From Candidatus Thorarchaeota archaeon (GTDB lineage Archaea; Asgardarchaeota; Thorarchaeia; Thorarchaeales; Thorarchaeaceae), in the NCBI GenBank assembly GCA_048883405.1, contig JBHLQS010000002.1:1-62607 (forward strand): DNA of 62,607 bases, in the 5' to 3' direction. Shown here piece after piece: positions 1-9,168 of the stretch (positions are counted from its first letter, which is position 1; each line of letters begins with the position of its first letter). A program made the translations under genes and the position numbers. The notes beneath the pieces are model-generated. The model saw only the letters and a list, made by a program, of their open reading frames with translations. It made no database searches and was not told where the DNA came from.

Positions 1-614
1 GCTTTTGTCATCCATCTCATTTTTTCAAGAGTCATATGTTGTCGACAATGGTCATAGACTGATCCAATCACTTCGATAAACTTGACATAGTCCTCTTCGT
101 TTCTCAGACCTCTTATTCTGTATCCCTCTGGTAGCGGATTGTCTGGTATCGAAGCACCCTCTGGGAATTCGTAGTTGTATTCGTGAAGCCCATAGTCTTC
201 ATAACCCATTTCTGTTAGGATATTGGCTCTTCTAGAGTCAGGCCCCACCGTGTACATATACAATCGAGATCCTCCTTCATCGACCAAGCCTCTCTCAAGC
301 TTCTCGATCTCTCGAAACAAGTCCTTTTCAACGAGCTTGTAATCAGGGTGAATCTCAATGTGATAGTTTCCCGCTGAACCGCGATGGGATATCGCAACAA
401 TATCAGAATCGCCTTTATTTGATTCTCTCCAAATTTTGAATGCTTCATCATCTTTAGGTGAATAATCCTCACCGCATGGACCGAATTTCTGGTTCTCAAT
501 CTTTGTAGGGATCAGGTAATGGAGTGTGCCGGTTTGTTTGTAAATCTCAAACAGGAATAATCGGGCTTGATCTAGATCTCTGTCAAAGCTGAATGAACCT
601 TGAGATATCTTCAT
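1..614 (-). CDS. GNAT-like acetyltransferase, N-terminal part (CDS runs off the left window edge)
   Basis: Hand translation from ATG at 614: MKISQGSFSFDRDLDQARLFLFEIYKQTG...PLPEGYRIRGLRNEEDYVKFIEVIGSVY, open to position 1. Absent from the ORF track because it has no stop in the window; the listed 215..499 ORF is in another frame. Family call tentative. Confidence 0.45.
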   Translation of the reverse strand, partial: MKISQGSFSFDRDLDQARLFLFEIYKQTGTLHYLIPTKIENQKFGPCGEDYSPKDDEAFKIWRESNKGDSDIVAISHRGSAGNYHIEIHPDYKLVEKDLFREIEKLERGLVDEGGSRLYMYTVGPDSRRANILTEMGYEDYGLHEYNYEFPEGASIPDNPLPEGYRIRGLRNEEDYVKFIEVIGSVYDHCRQHMTLEKMRWMTK

Positions 615-715
615 GACTATACTCCCTGAATTGACCCTTATATGGAGGATAAATAGAACTGGGACTAGGCAATATCAGCACAGTACCTTATCAATGAGAC
701 CGAGAGAAACAAGTC

Positions 716-746
716 CGCCCGGGGTTCGAATCCAGGCGAGCGCACC
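716..746 (+). other. orphan tRNA 3'-end-like fragment (T-loop plus 3' acceptor strand only)
   Basis: GGTTCGAATCC box at 723-733, then CCAGG CGAGCGC A CC. No matching 5' acceptor strand (GCGCTCG) or proper 5' T-stem strand in the ~100 nt upstream. Confidence 0.35.
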
Positions 747-847
747 GCTTTTGATTCTTGATCCCTCCAATAACGGCAAATCGACTTGACAGAGCCATTC
801 TATGCAAGATTGAAAAGGAAGTTGGCATCTAGTGCTCTTTTGGCGAG

Positions 848-1975
848 TTGAGTCGAATGCAGAAAGGCACTTCAGGGCCCAGTTCCAAGATGCACCCTAT
901 AGTAGCTGTACTTTCCAGGGTGCCAATGAGATTCACCTATACGATAATCCTCGTTGGTATGCTGACCTATGCTGGGTTCTTTCTTCTTATCCTATTGACG
1001 GGCAGGATAACACAGGTCTTCTTCTCATTCATGCACTTGGTGCAATTAGATTTCTCCTTGCTGATTATTGTTGGACTCTTCTTCCTGGACAATTACTACA
1101 AGACCTTGGAGAAAAGACTCAGAGAAATTCGCTATGTCTTCTTGATTGATGATGATGATTTCGAGAAGTATCTCGAAGATCTGACCAGCAAGATGAGTAG
1201 CGCACGGGGCTACCTGCTAGGCGGTCCGTTTATCGCTCTATCAATAGCTTCAATCTTTCTCTTTGTGATGCCGACTATGCCTAATGCTCTATTCCCAGTT
1301 AATCCACTGTCACCTATCTGGCTCTACCTGTCTATAATCGAGTTCAGTTTCATTATGCTTCCATTATTTGGAGTGGCAATCTGGCTTGGTGTGGTAGTCA
1401 TGTCTGTTTCAAAAGATGTCGGACGAAAGCTGGAAATCACTGTGGAGCCAATTTCACCTGATCGCGCAGGAGGACTAGTTTCATTCTCCGAGGTACTCTT
1501 GAGAGGCGTATTCATGTTCTCACTATTGCTAGTACTCTTGATTCCCCTGCTCGCCTACCTTGTGCACAATCTAAGCTCAAGTAGCCCCTTATTGGCTCTA
1601 ATTCCTACAGCAGGCTTGGTGTTGGCAATTATGACCATTTCCATATTCTTTTTGGTCCCTCAATATCACATTCACAGCATCTTGGAGGAACAGAAAAAGA
1701 AGCACCTGGCTCAAGTCAGTAGAGAAGTCAATGATGCCCTTTCCAACATACGGGGCATGCTCTCTGCTTCTCCTACAAAGTCTGACATTCCATCTCAGCA
1801 GCTCACACTTGTGAGCCTTCAACTCACGATGCTCTTTGAACAAGTTGAAAAAATGAAGACCTGGCCGTCCACTCTCTGGATAGCTGCCAAGGCAATCAGC
1901 TCTTTGTTGCTGATTCTGCTAACATTCTTTGTCAATCAGCTGCTCCTGTACTACATAGAATCGATTCTTAGATAA
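848..1975 (+). CDS. polytopic membrane protein, function unknown
   Basis: 375-aa ORF with several long hydrophobic segments (e.g. TYTIILVGMLTYAGFFLLILL, SLLLVLLIPLLAYLV). No motif recognised; start (TTG 848 or ATG 857) uncertain. Confidence 0.5.
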   Translation: MSRMQKGTSGPSSKMHPIVAVLSRVPMRFTYTIILVGMLTYAGFFLLILLTGRITQVFFSFMHLVQLDFSLLIIVGLFFLDNYYKTLEKRLREIRYVFLIDDDDFEKYLEDLTSKMSSARGYLLGGPFIALSIASIFLFVMPTMPNALFPVNPLSPIWLYLSIIEFSFIMLPLFGVAIWLGVVVMSVSKDVGRKLEITVEPISPDRAGGLVSFSEVLLRGVFMFSLLLVLLIPLLAYLVHNLSSSSPLLALIPTAGLVLAIMTISIFFLVPQYHIHSILEEQKKKHLAQVSREVNDALSNIRGMLSASPTKSDIPSQQLTLVSLQLTMLFEQVEKMKTWPSTLWIAAKAISSLLLILLTFFVNQLLLYYIESILR

Positions 1976-2039
1976 CGAACATCAGAATTTGACTTGCCAA
2001 TCAAAACCTTCATGAATCTGATTGTTAATAGTCCTTTTA

Positions 2040-2960
2040 ATGCCCCAACTAGACCATATTGACAAGAGGATCCTTGGCACTCTAGTTTATGATTGCAGGA
2101 CTCCATATCGAGAGATTGCCAAATCTCTAGGAATGTCTGCTACTGCCATTAAGAGTAGAGTCGATGAAATGGTTGCTGCTGGAGTTATAACAGACTTCGT
2201 TGTTGAGTTTTCGTCAGCCATGATTGGCTCAGAGGTCATGATGTTGTGGCTTAGAACAGATGGCACAGAGGAGAGAGAGCAGTTCATTTCAGAGATTGGA
2301 AAAAACAGAGGCGTCATGCAGATTGTTCCCCTTTATGGAGGAGACTATCTGGTATTTGCGGAGTATACGAGCTCGCTCGAGCTGGCGACTCTTGCTGAAA
2401 CCTTCAAGAGCAATCCATATGTCAGTTTCACTGAAATGCATACTCTACTTGAAGTCATGCAACGAGGCAGGAAGACAATCCTAACGAATCTTCAGCTAAG
2501 GGTCCTCAAAGCACTCCTTAAGGATGCTAGGATGCTGATTAGTGATATCGCAAAAGAAACTGGTCTGACAGTGCGGCTTGTTCGAAGGACATTGCGAGAA
2601 CTGAAAGAGAGCGAGGCAATTAGGTTCTCACTTAGATGGCGCCTCAATGTGGGTGAAAGGGTTACCTTTCTTCTAAAACTGAAATGGGACTCAAAGCAAG
2701 CGTCAAGGAATGAGATCATAGATATGCTTTTGATAAACTATGAGGATGAACTCTGGGATATTCTTGTATCTGTAAGTGACCCGATTCTGATTGGTATTGC
2801 AATTGTTGACAAACTGAATAATGTCGACATAATTACAAACGAGATTGGGTCGCACCCTGGTATACTATATTCTGACGCCTTCATTTACAGACGCCCATAT
2901 AACTACAAGAGCATTAAGAGACTCAGTCTTGAAGAAGCCGTTCAGGCGGCTGGAGTCTAG
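2040..2960 (+). CDS. tandem (duplicated) Lrp/AsnC-family transcriptional regulator
   Basis: Two HTH_AsnC-like segments: LDHIDKRILGTLVYDCRTPYREIAKSLGMSATAIKSRVDEM and LTNLQLRVLKALLKDARMLISDIAKETGLTVRLVRRTLRELK. ATG at 2040 preferred over TTG at 2022. Confidence 0.7.
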   Translation: MPQLDHIDKRILGTLVYDCRTPYREIAKSLGMSATAIKSRVDEMVAAGVITDFVVEFSSAMIGSEVMMLWLRTDGTEEREQFISEIGKNRGVMQIVPLYGGDYLVFAEYTSSLELATLAETFKSNPYVSFTEMHTLLEVMQRGRKTILTNLQLRVLKALLKDARMLISDIAKETGLTVRLVRRTLRELKESEAIRFSLRWRLNVGERVTFLLKLKWDSKQASRNEIIDMLLINYEDELWDILVSVSDPILIGIAIVDKLNNVDIITNEIGSHPGILYSDAFIYRRPYNYKSIKRLSLEEAVQAAGV

Positions 2961-3295
2961 ATGGGCTCAATTCAGCCACTTTGTAAGATATGTTCTTTAC
3001 AAAATGACACTCTTGAAGCCTCTTCTGATGTTTTTCTCAACTTCATTTCTAACACAGCTAGATATCCTGTTCTTGCAGATGTTATTCCTGTGAATCATCA
3101 TGACAGAATTGCAGGAAGAAGCAAGGGAAAGTCAAAGCCATACCGCAATCGAGATTCACGGGCTAAGTAGGGTTTTTGGAAACTTCTATGCGGTAAAGGG
3201 GTTTGATTTCCAGGTACCGAATAACTCAGTACCTCAACTCTGCCCTGAAACAATTCTTGGTCATGACCTCACAATAGAAACCAGAAAACGCTGGT
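2894..3295 (+). repeat. segmental duplication copy 1 (Lrp 3' end, intergenic, first ~200 nt of an ABC ATPase gene)
   Basis: Long runs identical to 5166..5640, e.g. CACCGCAATCGAGATTCACGGGCT, GGAAACTTCTATGCGGT, AGATATCCTGTT, GGTCATGACCTCAC. Confidence 0.8.
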
Positions 3296-3318
3296 TTAGG
3301 AGGTATAAAATTGGATGA
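3100..3318 (+). pseudogene. ABC ATPase N-terminal relic lacking Walker A
   Basis: MTELQEEARESQSHTAIEIHGLSRVFGNFYAVKGFDFQVPNNSV|PQLCPETILGHDLT parallels 5371..6360 (…HTAIEIHGLSKAFGNFYAVKGLNLQVPKNSVFAFLGPNGAGKTTTIKLL…GGGTILGHDLT). The GPNGAGKT segment is deleted and the frame stops after 72 aa. Confidence 0.75.
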
Positions 3319-4252
3319 AGTGATTATTAAAGATCTAACAAAGAAATTCGACGACTTAACAGCCGTCGATCATATTGAGTTGAACGTCCCTGAAGGCTCG
3401 ATCTACGGGCTACTGGGACCAAATGGAGCAGGCAAGTCCACAACAGTTCGGCTTCTCTGTACGCTTCTCAGACCCAGTGAAGGCACAGCATCTGTCGGGG
3501 GCTTTGATATCATTGAATCACCAGTAAGTGTTCGAGAGATAACTGGCGTCATGCCAGAAGAGAGCAATCATACTCTCTATCCTACAATTTCCGCCTATGA
3601 GAATTTGGAGTACTTTGGTGGGCTCTATGGAGTTCCTGAGGCAGAGCTACCAGAAAGGATAGAAGAGCTGCTGAATTTCATGGGCCTCTGGGAACGGAGA
3701 GATGATCCTGCTGGAGAGTTAAGCTCGGGCAACCGTCAGCGTCTTGCTCTGTGTCGTGCATTACTCCACCGACCAAGAGTGGTATTAATGGATGAGCCGA
3801 CATCTGCATTAGACCCAATTGCTGCCAAAAAGGTCCGAGAACTCATCATTAGTCTCGCTGCGAAATATAGACAGACCTTCTTCATAAACTCACACAATCT
3901 AGCTGAGATCCAGAGAATGTGCGACAGAATTGCCATCATCGATGAGGGTCGAATCTTGCTCAATGGCAAGACCAAGGATCTTCAATCTGAATTGCAGGCT
4001 AGCCAGAATTTCACGATTCGTGTCAATGATGACCTAGAAAAGGCTCTGTCTATTGCCAAGTCTATGAATTTCGTGACGTCTGCTGAGGAAGAGGTCGACT
4101 CTATCCGTGTCACTATCGAAGACCCGGTAGGCAATAACTCAACTCTGATGCGATCGTTGCTGGAAGAGGGTGTACAAATAATCGAATTTGCGGAACAAGA
4201 GGCGACATTGGAAGACCTGTACCTTGATGTCATAAAGGGAGGTGTCACATAA
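3311..4252 (+). CDS. ABC transporter ATP-binding protein (ABC-2/CcmA-like)
   Basis: Walker A GPNGAGKST, signature LSSGNRQRL, Walker B VVLMDEPTSALD. TTG start at 3311, 7 nt after GGAGGT. Confidence 0.9.
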   Translation: MDEVIIKDLTKKFDDLTAVDHIELNVPEGSIYGLLGPNGAGKSTTVRLLCTLLRPSEGTASVGGFDIIESPVSVREITGVMPEESNHTLYPTISAYENLEYFGGLYGVPEAELPERIEELLNFMGLWERRDDPAGELSSGNRQRLALCRALLHRPRVVLMDEPTSALDPIAAKKVRELIISLAAKYRQTFFINSHNLAEIQRMCDRIAIIDEGRILLNGKTKDLQSELQASQNFTIRVNDDLEKALSIAKSMNFVTSAEEEVDSIRVTIEDPVGNNSTLMRSLLEEGVQIIEFAEQEATLEDLYLDVIKGGVT

Positions 4253-5007
4253 TGGCTCTAAGGAACTCAATGCTCGTTGCCAGAACTGACTTGCGAATGG
4301 CAATGAAAGTGAAGATGGTCAAGTATAGTCTGCTTGTGATGGCCGCAATGGCACCAATTATGTTAATTGGACTTGTCTTACTGCTGGCATTATCAACGCC
4401 TGCAGTTGCAGCGACTATCATAACAATGCTGGATCCAATAATGTCACCTGTGATTGGAATTATGGTCATCGTTCCAGCGTCTATGATCTCTGCTAATGCC
4501 CTTGTAGGCGAAAAAGAACAGAACACTCTTGAGCCACTCCTATGCACACCCCTGACAGATCGTGAACTCCTGATTGGTAAAGTATTGAGCTCATTCATCC
4601 CGACCATTGCTCTACTGCTTGGATCGGTCCTTGTCACTGAGATTGCCACGAATATTATACTCACCTCTGTCGGAGCTGAGGTAATCCTCTTTCCAGGAGT
4701 TTCTAGTCTGTTTCTACTTCTGGTAGCAGGTCCCATTCTAATTGCGGCAGTGGTATCAGTGATGGTTCTCATCAGTGGGAAGGTCAAGCGTGTCTATGAA
4801 GCCTATCAGTCCTCTGGAGTAGTCGTTATGGTCTTTCTGATTCCCCTGATTCTACCCATGCTGTCAATGGATACTGGAGGAAATGTGAACATCAACCTTG
4901 TATGGTTGTCTAACATTTTCACACTGCTTATCGCATCTGTATTGGCAATTATCACATGGACCCTAGCAATCAAGAGATTCAACCGTGATAGAATAGTATC
5001 AATGTAG
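4252..5007 (+). CDS. ABC-2 type transporter permease
   Basis: 251-aa multi-TM ORF whose ATG overlaps the ATPase stop. GEKEQNTLEPLL motif is typical of ABC-2 permeases. Confidence 0.7.
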   Translation: MALRNSMLVARTDLRMAMKVKMVKYSLLVMAAMAPIMLIGLVLLLALSTPAVAATIITMLDPIMSPVIGIMVIVPASMISANALVGEKEQNTLEPLLCTPLTDRELLIGKVLSSFIPTIALLLGSVLVTEIATNIILTSVGAEVILFPGVSSLFLLLVAGPILIAAVVSVMVLISGKVKRVYEAYQSSGVVVMVFLIPLILPMLSMDTGGNVNINLVWLSNIFTLLIASVLAIITWTLAIKRFNRDRIVSM

Positions 5008-5154
5008 TCGAAGAGGGCATTACGCCCTTTTCTCTCTTTTTTTGTACTCCCTTAATCTTCCAACTTCTCTAGATCTTTAGGATGTCGCATCGATAGATCT
5101 CGATAGACTACCTTGAATCTTGAGAATTCTTCTTGGCCCTGTATCCACAAATGA

Positions 5155-5230
5155 TAATCGAAGTACCCTACGACTACAAGAGCATCAAGTGACTCAATCT
5201 TGAGAAGGCTGTTCAGGCTGCTGGGGTCTA
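5155..5230 (+). pseudogene. relic of the 3' end of an Lrp-like gene
   Basis: EVPYDYKSIK*LNLEKAVQAAGV* mirrors the end of 2040..2960 (RPYNYKSIKRLSLEEAVQAAGV*). In-frame stop present; stops immediately upstream. Confidence 0.7.
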
Positions 5231-5640
5231 GATAGGCTCAATTTGGTCACTCTGTAAAGGACCCTCTTTACAAACTGACGGTCTTCGAGCCCTTTCTGAT
5301 ACTCCTGCCAACTTCATACCTGACGCAGGTAGATATCCTGTTTTTACAGATGTTGCACTCGTGAATCACTATGACAGAATCACAAGTAACAACGAAGGAT
5401 AGGGAAAGCCACACCGCAATCGAGATTCACGGGCTCAGCAAGGCCTTTGGAAACTTCTATGCGGTGAAAGGGCTTAATCTACAGGTACCGAAGAACTCAG
5501 TCTTCGCATTCCTGGGTCCAAATGGTGCTGGGAAGACGACCACAATAAAGCTACTATTAGGTCTGACTCGACCCACATCGGGCGGTGGAACCATTCTCGG
5601 TCATGACCTCACTTTGGAAAACAAAAGAATCCGTTCCAGA
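5166..5640 (+). repeat. segmental duplication copy 2
   Basis: Partner of 2894..3295. Holds the intact version, with about 70 extra nt encoding Walker A. Confidence 0.8.
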
Positions 5641-6360
5641 GTAGGCTACATGGCCCAGAATCAACAATACTCTCAGTACATGACTCCTCGCCAGATACTC
5701 AGATTTGCAGCCAAGTTCTTCTATGAGGGAGGCGGCGACCAGTTAGAGGACAAGATAAGCAGATTGCTACATCTTGTTGAGCTCGATCGAAATGCTGACC
5801 GGAAGACAAAGGGCTTCTCAGGCGGAGAAAGGCAGCGTCTTGGGATTGCTCAGGCACTCATAAATGATCCAGAACTGCTCATACTTGATGAGCCTGCAGC
5901 AGGACTAGATCCTCAGGGCAGAGAAGATGTCCTTGACCTTATGAAGACTCTCCAAAGCAGAACGACTATCTTCTACTCCACACACATTCTTGATGATGCG
6001 CAGAGAGTCAGCGATCGTGTAGCAATTCTGAACAAAGGGAGCCTTGTAGCGAGTGCACCTCTGAGCGAGCTTCTTGCTGGAGCAGAAGGTAGTGTTTATA
6101 CGCTTACTCTCAAGGGAAACCCACAGAGAGCAAAGGACCTGGTCACCAAACAGTCATGGGTGAATTCTGTTCGGATTACGGAACAGAATGGGAGGACAAA
6201 ATGGCTAGTTTCAGTCAGGGACGAGGCCATAGCAGAGGAGGAACTCTTGAGGCTTATTCTCAAAGATCGATCTCTCCTTGTCTGCGAATTTGGCATGAAG
6301 AAGTACGAATTGGAAGAGATTTTCCTTAGACTGGTGGAGGATGATAAAAGTGACAACTGA
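5371..6360 (+). CDS. ABC transporter ATP-binding protein
   Basis: Walker A GPNGAGKTT, signature FSGGERQRL, Walker B LLILDEPAAGLD, H-loop STHIL. Confidence 0.9.
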   Translation: MTESQVTTKDRESHTAIEIHGLSKAFGNFYAVKGLNLQVPKNSVFAFLGPNGAGKTTTIKLLLGLTRPTSGGGTILGHDLTLENKRIRSRVGYMAQNQQYSQYMTPRQILRFAAKFFYEGGGDQLEDKISRLLHLVELDRNADRKTKGFSGGERQRLGIAQALINDPELLILDEPAAGLDPQGREDVLDLMKTLQSRTTIFYSTHILDDAQRVSDRVAILNKGSLVASAPLSELLAGAEGSVYTLTLKGNPQRAKDLVTKQSWVNSVRITEQNGRTKWLVSVRDEAIAEEELLRLILKDRSLLVCEFGMKKYELEEIFLRLVEDDKSDN

Positions 6361-7132
6361 AACGTTACCACGAACAGACATAGAGCCCTGGCACGCCGGG
6401 ATGAAAAATCTGATTGGCCGCGAAATTTATCACGAACGCAGCAGGATGTACTGGATACAGCAGATACTGGTCTGGACTCTCTTTACAAATGGGCTGGTTG
6501 TTCTCATTCTCAGTCTACCTGCTAGTATGATTGAAGGGATGGCATCAGCGTATATTCTTTCATTGTCAATCTTTTACAGTATATTGGCCCTTCTCATTTC
6601 TATCTTCATCCCTATATTGATGCAGGGCATCGTCATCGATGAGAAACTGTCAGGCATTGCGGCATGGATTCTCTCAAAACCTGTATCGAAGAAGGCCTAT
6701 CTTCTCTCGAAGTTGGCCGCCAGCATTCTAGCAATCATAGGAGTTTCTGTGGTAATTAACGGTGTCATAGGATATGGAGTCTTCAGTGTATTTGGCTACA
6801 CTCTGAGCATACCTGGATTTCTCATGAATCTCGGGCTCGCAGGTATCGTCGTGGCTTATTCTGTATGCCTGACAGTAATGCTAGGTACATTTACCACCAG
6901 CAGAGGTAAGGTACTTGCAGCAGCTGTAGGTCTGGGCTTTGGAGCGCAGTTGGTTGCAAGATACTTCCCCTTAGTCATATTTCTGATTCCATACTCACTT
7001 CCAGTAATGGGGATTGGTCTTGTTACGGGGGATCCCGTTCAGGGTCTTGAATGGATGCTCCTTTCTGCTTGTGTTCAGATCATCATGTTCACAATCATTG
7101 CGCTCTTTGTGTTTGATAGAACTGAGCTGTAG
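6341..7132 (+). CDS. ABC-2 type transporter permease
   Basis: 263-aa multi-TM ORF overlapping the ATPase 3' end by 20 nt. Confidence 0.65.
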   Translation: MIKVTTETLPRTDIEPWHAGMKNLIGREIYHERSRMYWIQQILVWTLFTNGLVVLILSLPASMIEGMASAYILSLSIFYSILALLISIFIPILMQGIVIDEKLSGIAAWILSKPVSKKAYLLSKLAASILAIIGVSVVINGVIGYGVFSVFGYTLSIPGFLMNLGLAGIVVAYSVCLTVMLGTFTTSRGKVLAAAVGLGFGAQLVARYFPLVIFLIPYSLPVMGIGLVTGDPVQGLEWMLLSACVQIIMFTIIALFVFDRTEL

Positions 7133-7149
7133 TCTGGAGAATTCGCAAG

Positions 7150-7545
7150 ATGAATTCAACCGAGATGATGGAGAGGTTCCGGCGATTTGCTTCAACCGAC
7201 CTCTTCATCACAACTCCCAATCGGATGCATCAGGTATCAGAAACTCTTCTCAAAACCAATGCAGTACGCATCATCCTGACGAGAGATGAGCGCAGGACAG
7301 AGAGCCTCGATGTTGAGGTTGAGGTTTCTCTGCCCTTCCTGCCAGAAACTTCTGACGCGACATCAATACAGGAATACATAGACAGTGCGATTGCCACCCT
7401 TGAGTATCTGAAACGTCTTACTTCCATCGGGTTTGGCTTGGAGGTGGTCCAAGAGGAAGGTATCCTCATAGCTTCTGCTGCCCTGAGTGTGGATACGGAA
7501 GATTATGTATTCAAAGTGCTTAAACCTCCACCTGAATATCCATAA
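7150..7545 (+). CDS. hypothetical protein
   Basis: 131-aa ORF directly after the permease. No motif recognised. Confidence 0.4.
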   Translation: MNSTEMMERFRRFASTDLFITTPNRMHQVSETLLKTNAVRIILTRDERRTESLDVEVEVSLPFLPETSDATSIQEYIDSAIATLEYLKRLTSIGFGLEVVQEEGILIASAALSVDTEDYVFKVLKPPPEYP

Positions 7546-7692
7546 CCCGTCATATTCTGGATCCCAGGATGCGATGAAGTGGGTCAATCAGTTTAGGAAT
7601 TCAAGGGCTTTGATTCTCAAAGGAAATAACGAAATCGTTGAGGCACATTAGAACGATGCGGAAATACCATGGTAGATTCTGTGTCTTATACT

Positions 7693-7719
7693 CCGGGTTC
7701 GAATCCTAGCGAATGCACC
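7693..7719 (+). other. orphan tRNA 3'-end-like fragment
   Basis: GGTTCGAATCC at 7696-7706, then CCTAG CGAATGC A CC. No 5' acceptor partner (GCATTCG) upstream. About 24/30 positions identical to the fragment at 716-746. Confidence 0.35.
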
Positions 7720-7809
7720 GTTCCTTTGCAGCTTATTTGACCAATATGATGATGCAAGCTAAACTATATCTCGGATGAATTGCAATTGGACAGGTAGGGA
7801 TGACCAGCA

Positions 7810-8052
7810 ATGATGAACAAGTTCCAAGATCTGATGAATGCCAAAGCTCCAATACAACTGGTAGTGGACGCTATAACTGATAGAGCGCATCATAAAGTTG
7901 TCAAGGGCACAATAAGACTTGTCACAAGGAGCTACATCGAAATTGGCAGGGTTGCTACAGGGGATGAGAAAGCCCAATTTGGTAGAGATGAGGTCAGAGT
8001 GATAATTCCTATGGAGAAGATTGCCGAGGTAATTTACTCGCCAAGTGAGTAA
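7810..8052 (+). CDS. hypothetical small protein
   Basis: 80-aa ORF, no motif recognised. The competing antisense 72-aa ORF looks less protein-like. Confidence 0.3.
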   Translation: MMNKFQDLMNAKAPIQLVVDAITDRAHHKVVKGTIRLVTRSYIEIGRVATGDEKAQFGRDEVRVIIPMEKIAEVIYSPSE

Positions 8053-8070
8053 GTGTACTCGAGATTGTGC

Positions 8071-9012
8071 TCAATCCGGAACCCCGTGAAACCTAACGGC
8101 GTTCTCCCAATAGAGTTTGCTAAGAACTGATACAGGCAAATCAAGGCCATTGATAAAAGTCCCACCAGTGTCTTTTGTATCTGCATCATCGAACGGGAGG
8201 GGTCTTTCTCGGACATTGGTTTCCCATAGCAGCCGCTGGGCAAGATATCTACCTGTAAAATAGTCCTGACCTCCTCTGTTGGTTGACAAATCTGTACCAA
8301 ACATGATTCTGTCAGAGTATTTGACCAAGAACCGGCGAGCCATATCCACATTCTTGCTGAGCTCCCTTGCCATCCATCGTGAAGATGCTGTGTCTAGCAT
8401 GATATTGGGAAATCTGTCCAGCCATTTGGCAAGGTTTGAGAGGTGATGTATCTCTGGCTGTGAGCCGAAGTGGGGGAGCTGGAAGACAAGGCGTGGATGG
8501 CGTTCTATAACATTCTCAAGTTGTACAAGACTATCGGCCTTGGTGCCGTACTTTTTCTTATCTTGATAGTGTAATTCATAGTAGGTATCGGGGTCAGCGA
8601 CATGAAGCAGGAGTGGGACACCATGATCCTCAAGAGCCCGGAAGATTGGATCTAGACGGAGATCATCAATTCTGAAGTCATCGGGCACTTCCTGGTAGTA
8701 GTCCCTCCAACGAGGACCGAACCACATCTTCGCAAGTCCGTAGCCCTCCGGTTTGATCCTCTCAATGACCGCTATGACCCTATCAACCTCAAAATTTGCA
8801 ATGTCACTAAGAGATAGATACTTTGCAAAAACGAACCTGTTCGGAAACTGCTTCTTTATTGGTTTGAGATTACCCTCCCCATGCACAATAGCGACCTGAG
8901 ATGCGACGTTAAACTCTTCTTCGATCTTCACCATCTGCACTAGATCATCTGAATGACCGATATGCGTATGTGCATCGAAAATTGGCCCTTTGTATTTCCA
9001 CTCTTCTGTCAA
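8071..9012 (-). CDS. amidohydrolase-family metal-dependent hydrolase (TIM barrel)
   Basis: N-terminal FDAHTHIGH metal-binding motif; later HVADPD and HFG motifs. Confidence 0.65.
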   Translation of the reverse strand: MTEEWKYKGPIFDAHTHIGHSDDLVQMVKIEEEFNVASQVAIVHGEGNLKPIKKQFPNRFVFAKYLSLSDIANFEVDRVIAVIERIKPEGYGLAKMWFGPRWRDYYQEVPDDFRIDDLRLDPIFRALEDHGVPLLLHVADPDTYYELHYQDKKKYGTKADSLVQLENVIERHPRLVFQLPHFGSQPEIHHLSNLAKWLDRFPNIMLDTASSRWMARELSKNVDMARRFLVKYSDRIMFGTDLSTNRGGQDYFTGRYLAQRLLWETNVRERPLPFDDADTKDTGGTFINGLDLPVSVLSKLYWENAVRFHGVPD

Positions 9013-9168
9013 AATTGACCAATTCTACGATATTGCAGGTATTGAAAAGCGATTCCGTTCAGGACCATCTCTCTATTGAGCCAGTCCAAGAGCTTCTCTT
9101 TGACGGCTGCCTTGTGTATGACTCAATTCTTAAGATGGACTTTGATTTTGACGAGTCGAGAGAATTCA

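Noticed and set aside
215-499. 94-aa minus-strand ORF from the track
   Set aside because: It is out of frame with a longer open frame (614 to 1) that has a protein-like, GNAT-like sequence. This ORF looks like a shadow frame.
4245-4787. 180-aa ORF antisense to the ABC-2 permease
   Set aside because: The permease frame is translationally coupled to its ATPase and is hydrophobic, as expected. The antisense frame has no features.
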